Shown: positions 1-10,101 of the stretch, piece after piece
Layout: each line of letters opens with the position of its first letter
Numbering within the stretch: position 1 is the stretch's first letter
Assembly: GCA_001179505.1 (NCBI GenBank)
Contig: CDMY01000243.1
Span: 124,001-188,000 of the forward strand
Length of the DNA stretch: 64,000 nucleotides
Source of the DNA: Vitrella brassicaformis CCMP3155
Taxonomy: Eukaryota > Protista > Chromerida
Reading direction: 5' to 3'
Notes under the pieces: generated by a model
Seen by the model: only the letters and a program-made list of their open reading frames with translations
The model's database searches: none
What the model was told of the DNA's origin: nothing
Translations under genes and position numbers: made by a program

Positions 1-2415
1 GCCATGTGGAAAGGGGTGTGGGGATGAGTATGATGGCTGTGGGTGTGTGGGTGTGCTGCTGTGGGGCGGCCGAAGTTGACCTCCATGCCGTGATTGGTCA
101 GGGGCACGTAGGGGATGTCCATAGTGTCCTCGATATCGGCCTGATGCACACACACAGGCACATGCATGCAGGAATCGCTGGATGGATGGTGGGACCGGTG
201 CGGTGTGGTGTGGTGTGGGGAGGGTGCGGTGCTTGCCTGTATGGTCTCGCAGAAGCCCTTGAGTGGCAGCTGGAAGGACGCCTTGTCGAACGGATCCTCG
301 ATGAAATGACCAATCTCTGTAAGACACACACACACACACACGGGAGGGCTGGATGGATGGATGGATGGACGGCAGACCTTCGATGGCCTTGAAGCCCCAG
401 CACATGAAGGTAACGACCGGTATGGTCATCCACTGGAGCGACTGCACCAGCACTACCGGCAGCGTCAGGCAATACAGCGTCAGGAAACGACTCGTGTGCC
501 GACTGAAGGCAAAGGCACACAAACACACAAACACACAATGGTTGCTTGGAGCTGTCTTATTGTCTGTCAGTGTCCTTCATCCCTCCCTCCCTCCCTCACG
601 AGTATGAGAGCGGCACGGGGGTCTTCATGATGCGCTCGCACCCCCCCAGTGCCTCGGAGAGGTGCCCGATGATGTTTTCCAGCCATATGAGCTGACGCTG
701 AAATGAATACCACATAATGCATTGGACACAGACAGGGGTCTGCCTGCCTGCGGGCTTTTCTCCAACTCGTGTGTAGGCGAGCTCAGGCCTTACTTACCTC
801 AGTGGGCTTCGTGTCTCGCGACACTTCCATCGCCTCATGGCATGTGCCACTCATCAGCTGACACATACACACAGACACACACACACACACGGAGGGCAAT
901 CCACCCCTCCTCTCTCCCTCTCTCCCTCCCGCCCTTCCTCTCACCTTGCAGATGAGCAGAGGGGGGTTCCTGACTTGCCTGAGCGCCTCAGCGTCGTTAG
1001 GGGTGATCCACCTGCTGACCTCGGCCATGTCGACCTCCCCGCCCTGCAGGTGCTGCTTCATGAGGAAGGGGAACGACCTGATCAGGTTGGCCAGCCGGTA
1101 CTGGAAGGGAATCGGCAGGTAGAATAGCGACGCCGTCGCCAGCTCCCGACACGTGCTGATAACCTTGCCCCACAGCTGCAGAGAGAGACAGACGGGCAGA
1201 CAGGCAGAGACTCTATCCACCCACCATTGGTGCGTGGCGGTGGGGCTGGGTGAGGTGATCACCTTGCGGCCCTCCCAGTATCTGTCGTACGCCGCGTTGG
1301 TCCTGAAACAAACAAACAGACACACACACAGACGGGTGGTGTGTCTGGTGTCTGTGTTGTCTGTGTGGTCTGTTCGAAGGGGGGGGGGGGGGGGGGNNNN
1401 NNNNNNNNNNNNNNNNNNNNNNNNNNNNNNNNNNNNNNNNNNNNNNNNNNNNNNNNNNNNNNNNNNNNNNNNNNNNNNNNNNNNNNNNNNNNNNNNNNNN
1501 NNNNNNNNNNNNNNNNNNNNNNNNNNNNNNNNNNNNNNNNNNNNNNNNNNNNNNNNNNNNNNNNNNNNNNNNNNNNNNNNNNNNNNNNNNNNNNNNNNNN
1601 NNNNNNNNNNNNNNNNNNNNNNNNNNNNNNNNNNNNNNNNNNNNNNNNNNNNNNNNNNNNNNNNNNNNNNNNNNNNNNNNNNNNNNNNNNNNNNNNGGGG
1701 GAATGGCGTGCCTGAATACGAGTAGGAGGCCCATGGCGCCGCTCATGAGTGAGTGTGGGAGGGATGACGAGAGGGCGAAGAGGGAGAGCTTGGGTGCGAC
1801 GGCGAAGAGGGTCGTGATAAACACGCTCCACGCCGTGGTGACCAGGAGGAAACCCCGGATGCGTTTGAGGATGCGCGACAGAGGCACAGTCGTCAGACAC
1901 TGATCGAACAGATCACAGACAAACAGACAGACCGACAGACCGACAGACAGATCCATGGACACCACCCACACTCGTCGAGTGTGTGTGCGGTAGGTAGGTC
2001 ACCTACCTCGAGCCAGTCCTCAGACGAGTAACGTCGTGTGTGCCAGTCCTTTGATGTGTACCGCCGCAGCTTCCGCGGCGACATAGCGGCCCTGCGTATC
2101 GACGCATGACGACGCAGCAAAGGCACAGCCTTACCCACCTGACATGACACACCAACCCACCACACACACCACACACACCACACACCCGCCCCCGTGCTGT
2201 TGTGTGTCTGGTGTTCTGCCTTATTTATGGGTGGCGTAACTGACCCTGCGCACTGCCGCCCGCAGCCCCGCTGCAGGATAGCGCCCCATGTGCACAGGCT
2301 GCCGCCCCGTCGTCACAGGCTGAGGCTGAAAGGCAGCCGCATGGCTGCACTGCTCCAACAAGGCTCCCAGCAGCAGGGATAAGGACAGGAGGGCCGTCAG
2401 CCGCCACACGCCCAT
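1..2415 (-). CDS. Bestrophin-like (UPF0187/VCCN1/BST-type) anion channel with bipartite plastid-targeting presequence; multi-exon, 3' end runs off the window
   Basis: Spliced exons give MGVWRLTALLSLSLLLGALLEQCSHAAAF (signal peptide then F), then GLLLVFR|TNAAYDRYWEGRK|LWGKVIST, CERIMKTPVPLSYS|RHTSRFL and AIE|EIGHFIEDPF, the conserved bacterial/plant bestrophin motifs. ATG at 2415. Confidence 0.9.
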
Positions 2416-2728
2416 TGCACGAGGCCGAGAGAGTGCTGCTGTGCCGTGTGTCTCTCTGCGCGCGAGAAAGTATAGGTCTTGCTGACTGAATGGTGTGTCC
2501 GGCGGCGAGTCAGTCAGGGCTCGTGAAGATCAGGAAGATCTAGCTAGGAAGGAAGCGGACTTCAGATGAGGGCGGGAGAGGGTGAAATACAAGCAGAGAT
2601 GCCCTGCCCGAGGTTGAACGAATACGTGAGAGGTGGAGAAGTGGAAGCGCGCAGCTCGCCAATTGTGAGTTCGCAGACGGAGGGGAGCCAAAGGGGAAAA
2701 AGGCAGATCTACCTCAGAATCTGTTGTG

Positions 2729-5700
2729 ATGTCATCTCCGCGGCACCGCAGACTGCACGAGGAAGAGATGGATGAACACGATGAGGAGGCGAGGGCGGGC
2801 ACGTCAGCTGCATCGGCACTCAACGGGCCGCCAGAGGGGCGGCTCGGCTACAGTGTGCACACCCATCCCCACAACCACACCCACGCCCACACCGAGCCAG
2901 GGCCGCACAAAAGCAGTACGGTCATCTTCACGCCGCCGCCCATCGAGCAGTTCGCCAGCTGCCGGAGGGTGCATCTGCTCATCTTCATGACGGCATTCTC
3001 TATCGTCACTTCCTTCATGACCAGTGAGTGAGTGACCACCGAAGGAATCAGCTCACTTGACTGGCACAGCATATGTCCCTCTGTGGCTGCATGGGCTGTG
3101 TGGCTGTGTGTTTGTGTGTTTCTGTCTGCAGTATTTTACGTGTTGGTGAAGTTCGCCCGTTTCGAGGACAGCTGGCTGCACCTGAACGGGGTGGACACAT
3201 CCCGTCTGATCAGCAAGATCGCCTTTGGGTCGTGTCTGCAGTACCGGGTTGGCCCGCAGCCCGTCTGGCGGTCTGTCATGGCCATCGACCCGGACACGTG
3301 GATTTGGACAGGCGACTTCGTGTAAGTGAAGTGCTAAAGAAAGAACAGCAGATGAGGCAGGCGTGAAAGGTTCTGTCTGTGTGGATTGGTGGGTGGATTG
3401 GTGGACCGACGGCTCAGGTACATGGATCAGGCTTTTGTCGACTGTCACGACCCGGCAATGGCCAGCGACTCACCAGGTGTGTGTGTGTGTGTGTGTGTGT
3501 GTTGCTGCACACAAACGAACGAACATGTGTCTGTCTCACGGTGGCGTGTATCTATTATCCACGGGCCGACTTGGTCAGAGTGTGTGTGTGAGGCCGGGTG
3601 GATAGCCTTCCCGAGTCAGCAGTGCCACGCCGGCGACCTGGCCAAGGCACACGAGCGCGTCATCGCGCAGCTGCAGCAGCCAGACTACCAGCAATTCCTC
3701 CGCTTCATGTGCCCCAAATGGAACCAATCCTACGACACGCCCATCCCAGGCACCCACCCCCCCACACCACACACAGACTGACCCCGCCCTCCCTCCCTCC
3801 ATGTGTGTGTCGATGTTTGTGTTTGTGTGCAGGTCCCGACTGCCACCGGCCGATCCTGGGGACGTACGACGACCACGACTTCATGTGGAACAACGGCAAC
3901 AGGCGGCTGCCCAACAAGCTGCAGGCCAAGAACCTCTTCCTCGACGCTGTCGGGGAGCCCGCCAGCTCGCCCAGGAGGAATGCGGCGAGGGGGGTGGAGC
4001 ACCTCTATGTGCTCAACAAGGACACAGCCGACAAACGTGAGAATAATGAGAATGAGAATGTGTGTGTGGGCGCGTGTGTGCACTGCCCGTTTCACTATGT
4101 GTGATGTGTGTTGATGTGTTGGTGGGTTGGGTGGGTGATCAGGTGTGGGTGTGTATCTGTTGGACGAGCGGTACTACCGCGACCCCCTCCCCTGCCAGAC
4201 GCGAAGGCAAGCCAGCCAGCCAACCAACACAACACAACACACCAGACACACAAGAGAGAGGACCATGTCATGTGTGTCTCATGACCATGTAAGTGCAGGT
4301 CTTACTGCCAGCAGCTCATCGAGGACCTCGAGGCCTCCAATAACAGCACCAACGAAACCCGCCGAGCACCCGCCGCAGAGCCTAACCAGGACGTCAGCAC
4401 ACACACACACACACACACCACACTGTGCGCCCACAGAAAGACAGAGAGACAGACCATCACACGAGTGTCTGTCTCGGTGTGTGTGTGTGTGTATGTGCAG
4501 CTGCGTGGCTTCTGCGAGGATTTCCTGAAGGAGGGCGTGGGGTGCTGTCTCAAAGACGAGCAGATGTTCGACGCCCGCAACGGGTGGTGCAACCAGGTGC
4601 CCACACAAACAGACAGAACAGACAGAACAGTCAGAACTCGCCCTTTGCCCCCTCCCTCTCTCCCTCTCCCTCTCCCTCCCCCCCCCCCTCCCCCNNNNNN
4701 NNNNNNNNNNNNNNNNNNNNNNNNNNNNNNNNNNNNNNNNNNNNNNNNNNNNNNNNNNNNNNNNNNNNNNNNNNNNNNNNNNNNNNNNNNNNNNNNNNNN
4801 NNNNNNNNNNNNNNNNNNNNNNNNNNNNNNNNNNNNNNNNNNNNNNNNNNNNNNNNNNNNNNNNNNNNNNNNNNNNNNNNNNNNNNNNNNNNNNNNNNNN
4901 NNNNNNNNNNNNNNNNNNNNNNNNNNNNNNNNNNNNNNNNNNNNNNNNNNNNNNNNNNNNNNNNNNNNNNNNNNNNNNNNNNNNNNNNNNNNNNCCCCCC
5001 CCCCCCCCCTCCCCCACCCACAGGCGTCCTCCAAGCAGAGCCCTCTTTATGAGGAGGCGTGTGACCCCACCTCTGCCCTATTCGGTCGCCGCCCTCTCGC
5101 CTACAACGCCGCCACACACACACTGACGGCAGACGGCGGAGAGTATTGGCCGTCGTCGTCCTTCTGCGAGGTGCTGGGGCCCACCCAGCGGTCGTGGCTG
5201 GAGACCTCTTTGCGGCAGAGCGACGCGGCGGTCAACCTCGTCGTCAGCTCCTCGGTGGTGCTCTTCAATCCCGATGCCTGTGGGCCGCAAGACGGTGCGT
5301 CAGTGTGTGTTGTGTTGTGTTGTGTTGTGTGAGTAGATGTGTGAGTGGATGTGTGTGCGTGTGTGTTCATATGTTTATATGTCGATCGATCCATAGAGGG
5401 GCGTGAGCTTGTTCCAGGTTCGTATGACAATTGGGAGTGTTACCGGCCGGCCCAGCGGCAGCTGCTGGCCTCCATTGCACGCTCGGGCGCCTCATGTGTG
5501 GTGCTGCTTGTCGGCGACTTCCACTGGGGAGACATCAAGGTCGGTCGCCTCACAGACATGACATGACATGGCGGGGCATTCGCATTCCCACATGCATGTG
5601 CATGTGTGTCTGTGTCTGCGTGTGTGTGCGCTTATAGGTGTTGCGGCCGGACACCAAAGCGCCGTATGCAAAGAACTATTCCTCCACTCTCATGCCCTAT

Positions 5701-6184
5701 CCCCTCTACCAAGGTGGGTGCCTCACAGCTTAACAGACCAACACACACACACACAGTCCCTGTTTCTGTTGACCACTGAATCATCCATCGACATATCAGT
5801 GATGGCCAGCGGTCTGACCGAGGACATAGTGCACGACTGGCGTCCCCTGGTCGACCGCGCCAAGGCGGACCCCTCGTTCCGCACCGTCGAGGTGCCCTTC
5901 GAGCACAACGACCCCTACAAGCTCAGGGCACATGGCGACAAGGGCTACGTCGCCGAGCCGCACTTCGGCACTGTCCACATCCACTGGGGAAAAAGGAAAA
6001 TGAGACTGCAGGTACTAACGGGTGTTTGTGTGTGGGGGTGTGTGCGTGAAAAGGATGGAGGGATGTGTGTGTGTGCGTGTGTCGTGATGTGTTGTGGTGT
6101 GTTCAGTTGCGGCAGTCGAGTGACGGCGAGGTCGCCGTGCAGTCGGAGATCCATCTGTCGCAGTGCACGCTGCCGAGGAAATGA
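2729..6184 (+). CDS. PhoD-family alkaline phosphatase/phosphodiesterase with N-terminal membrane anchor; multi-exon
   Basis: Motifs KIAFGSC, WIWTGDFV|YMD, GTYDDHDF, LLDERYYRD, LGPTQRSWL, YDNWE and LLVGDFHWG match PhoD metal-ligand motifs. Hydrophobic stretch LLIFMTAFSIVTSFMT..VFYVLV near the N-terminus. Stop TGA at 6182-6184. Confidence 0.88.
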
Positions 6185-6811
6185 GACACACAGGCATAGC
6201 TAACTAGACAGCCATCGCATCGCATGGGACGATTTTGTCGTGTGGTTGGTTGGTACTCACGCACGGGTAGTAGGCAGGAAGGTGGGCTGGCTGGCTGTGT
6301 GAGGTGATGTGAGCTGATGACTTGGATTTGTCCGTCCGTCATAGAGACTGTGTGGCCATCGTGCGCGCTACAAATCGGGTTGAGGCCCAGTCATTCCATG
6401 GGTGAGTGGGTGTCTTTTCCTTCCTTTCCTCTCATCATCCATCCTACAATATATATAAGACAGCACGGCACGGCACGCTTCGCGCACTCCCACCACACTC
6501 GGACCGAAAAACAGACACTATCTATGCACAGGGGAGGGAGGGGAGTCCGTGATCCGTCCGTCCGTCCGTCCGTCTGTCCATGCGTCCATGCATCCTCGAT
6601 TGTGCCGTGCCGTGCTTTCTGCAGCCCGTCGGTCAGCTACATCCGGTCGGCCTTGGTGAGGCGCTGGTCAAAGATCGACCTGAGCGGCGCGATGGATGCA
6701 ACACAAGACACACAAAATGCACAGCACAACACAACAGCTGCTCGGTCGCTTTCTCCCTGTGTGTGTGGCTGCGGCATCAAGTGTGTCCAAGTGGATGGAT
6801 GCCCAACGTTC

Positions 6812-7299
6812 TCACATTTTCTCGGTGGTCTGGTGGATGAGTGTGAGGATCTCAGGCGGCGGGTTTTTACCAAACGTCTCTGCACGCTTCCAGCGCTCCT
6901 CCTGCAACACACACACAAACACACACCACAGAGGCAAGACCGACGAAAACACATACAAACAAGACTCAATCCCTCGAGTACCCACCACTCACCCCTCTCC
7001 CTGCTGACCCGCGTGAGGCCCATGCATGGTCCATACTTGGAGTCCATGTCGAACTGCCGCAGCTGGTACTCCTCATCGCTGCAGTCCCACCCAAACGGAC
7101 TCGTCCCATCGGCGCTCGGCACGGGAACAGGATACACGCCCGGCGTGCTGGCCGCGGAGAATATGCCAGGGCCAGGAGTGCCCGCCGCCGTGCCCTTGGT
7201 GGTGGGAACCGGTCGGGAGGGCGTCGCAGTGGACGCCGAGCCGACGGAGGTCCGCGGCGAGGGCTTCTTGTCGGTCTTGCGGGATATGGCACTGCTCAT
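6812..7299 (-). CDS. POLD4: DNA polymerase delta subunit 4 (p12/Cdm1 family); two coding exons (7299-7009 and ~6901-6812)
   Basis: The C-terminal LRQFDMDSKYGPCMGLTR|EERWKRAETFGKNPPPEIL matches the POLD4 signature FD...YGPC.G.TR..RW.RA...G..PP. The N-terminus is low complexity. Confidence 0.85.
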
Positions 7300-7624
7300 T
7301 GTGCGTCGACGAATGGATGGCGTAAGGTGTACCTGACAGACAGACAGGCAGGCAGACAGACAGACAGGGATGACAAGCCTTAGGCGTACATGCAGCTGGT
7401 GTGTGAGAAGTGGATTCTCGCGCATCCTCACCTCGATTGCGATATGACAGGACCGTTCGGGATGCAGAGAGATGTGAAGCGAGGTAAGTGCGCTCAGGTC
7501 TGGTGCGAGCTCAAAGATGATGAAGACGAGGCGGTGTTGCACAGAGTGGACGTATTGCTCATCTCTATCTGTGAGTGATACTCACGGATGATTGATGAAC
7601 CCGCGGCATCTTTGCTGCAGGAAG

Positions 7625-9814
7625 ATGGCAGCGGCGGTCCGCGTGGCTGTGAGGTCAGATCTCCTGCTCGCAAGAGGCGTGGGCGCGGCCCGCGGCTACG
7701 CGTCAATGAGAGGCGGCGCCGATGCGCCACACAAGAGGCCGACACTGAGGATTCGCGGCAGCCGTGACAGTGACAGCCTGCATTACGTGCGCAGGGGGTC
7801 GCCATGGATCCTGGCGGCGGATGTGGACAACACAGGTGGGTGAGCGCTGTCCTTTGCAGTGAGTGCATTTGCACTGTGATCGATGGACGGTTGGTGGTTG
7901 GATGGTTGGATGGTTGTGTGTGTGTGTGTGGGTGTGGGTGTGGGTGTGTGTCAGAATCGTTGCAGGTGTATTCCCCCTGTCTGGTGAATGTGGAGAGCGA
8001 CAGCGGCGTGGACTGGGGGGTGGCGGCATACACACGGCACTCGTCCATCGCCGCAAGGTAAGGTCATCCCATACACCCCACCCCACCCAGCACAAGCACA
8101 GCACACAGACAGACTCACACACGCTGTCCATGGCTACACGTCCGTCTGTCCACCAGGATACTGTCGCGCGATCGCCACGTGACTGTGGAGAAGGGTTTCT
8201 TCCTCACCCGGCTGGAGAGGGCGCTGCAGCTGCGGCAGCAGATCTACCCTGGCGAAGAGTTCTACCGACTCGTCAACGCTGAGGGGGACCACCTGCCAGG
8301 CATCGTTGTCGACAGGTAGGTAGGTACCTTACCTTACCGTGCCACGTCACCTCGCCGGTGCGGTGTGTGTATCTTCCTTCGTGTGTTCGAACGTGTTGTG
8401 TGTTTGGATGGGATGCGTCAGGTACGGCAGCACGGTGGTGCTTCAGGTGAATGCGGCAGGGCTGGACGACCACATCCGGTCGTTCATTGCCGCTCTTGAC
8501 GAGCTGCTCCAGCCGGCCGTCATCTTGCTGCGCAACGACAGCTCTGCACGGGGCCTTGAGAGGCTGCCTCTGCTCACCGAGGTCTTCAGAGGTACGCGAT
8601 ATGATTGATGGGTCGGTGGATGGATGGATGGCCATGTGTGGACGGCACATTGCTTGCTGCCTGTGTCAGGACCGTATCGCACGCCGACTGAGATTCGCGA
8701 GAACGGCGTCACATTCTTGGCAAGCTTCCATGCAGCCGCTCCCTTGTGTGTGCGCGCGGATGACGTGTGTGTGTGTGTGCCTTCTTGTTGTGTCACTAAC
8801 GTGCAGGTGAGTTTGCTTGTGGGCGAGCGCACGGGGTGGTTCTACGACCAGCGGGACAACAGGGCGCTGCTCGTGCCCTTGTGCAAAGACAAAACAGTTC
8901 TCGGTGAGCGAGTCAAGTGAGGCACTCACTGGTGGGTGGATGGATGGACGGATGCGATTCCCACCCTCAAAGGCTGTCTGTCTGTCTGTCTGGTGTCTGC
9001 AGATCTGTACTCCTATGTGGGGGCCTTCGGCATCCAGGCGGCGGCCCACGGTGCGCGGCACGTGACGTGTGTGGACTCGCTGTCTTCGTCCATCGACTAC
9101 GGCAGCCAGAGCGCCCAGGTCAACATGCTCCAAGACAGAGTCCACTTCGTCCACGCCAAGGCTGAACGGCTCCTGAAGCACTTCGCGGATCTGCGGCACC
9201 CACACAACCGCAACAGCCTGCCCGAAGGCGCCAGCGACTCTGATGACTCCGCCCACCCAATGATGGGAAAGTCGCCGGGTCCGTATCTGTCCCCGCCCCC
9301 GGTCGAGTGGGAGGAGCGCGTCAAGGCGTCGGGCCACATGTGGGATGTCATTATCATGGACCCCCCGCCCCTCTCGCCGCAAAGGAAAGTCCCTCCGTCA
9401 GCTGTGGCTAAGTCGGCCGGGGATATGATGCACTCGCAAAAGAGGCTGGCGTCCGAGCCCTATGCGAAGCTGCTCACGGCAGCACTGCAAGTGACAGCTC
9501 CGAATGGGCTGGTGTTCATATCTTCTGCACATCGAGACGTGGGACCGGCAGAGCTGAGGGACGCGGCAAGAAGGTAAGTTGTGTGTTATGGTCAGGGGGG
9601 GAGTCCCTCAATCGACCTAGCCCATCGTTGATTGTTGTTCTTCCCTGTCGTGTGTGTGTCATTCCATGTCATGTCATGCAGGGCGTGTCTGTGTGTGGGG
9701 CGAACGTGTCGCTTGGTGTGCCAGGGGGGCGCGTCGGCGGACCACCCGCAGCACTTGGCGCTGCCGGGCGGCCAGATGCCGCGGATCGCATCCATGCTCG
9801 TACACGTCGAGTGA
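7625..9814 (+). CDS. RlmI/RlmK-like class I SAM-dependent RNA methyltransferase (PUA-like, THUMP-like and MTase domains) with mitochondrial-type presequence; multi-exon
   Basis: Motifs RRGSPWI, YRLVNAEGDHLPGIVVD|RYG, RTGWFYDQRDNR, VL|DLYSYVGAFG, TCVDS, WDVIIMDPP and GASADHP are collinear with bacterial RlmI. The N-terminus MAAAVRVAVRSDLLLARGVGAARGY is Arg/Ala-rich and nearly acid-free. Confidence 0.85.
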
Positions 9815-10101
9815 GTAATGAGAGACAGCCACATATATGGGGGCGGGGGGGTGTGGTGGGGTAAGTGGTGTATCTATCGCAGCAGCTGCCAGCAGCATGT
9901 AGGACATACAGAAGGGAACGGATAGTAGTACTGAGGAAGGGATGGTCTCATCCATTTACGTGAAGGCTGACTCATATCATCATCTCAGTGGAAGCCCGTT
10001 TCTCTTTCTCTCTTTGTCCGCGTAGATAACAAATGCACCCGCTACGTGCACACCATCAAACTTCGTTCGCCAGACCTCGTCACGGACGCATCTCACTACT
10101 G

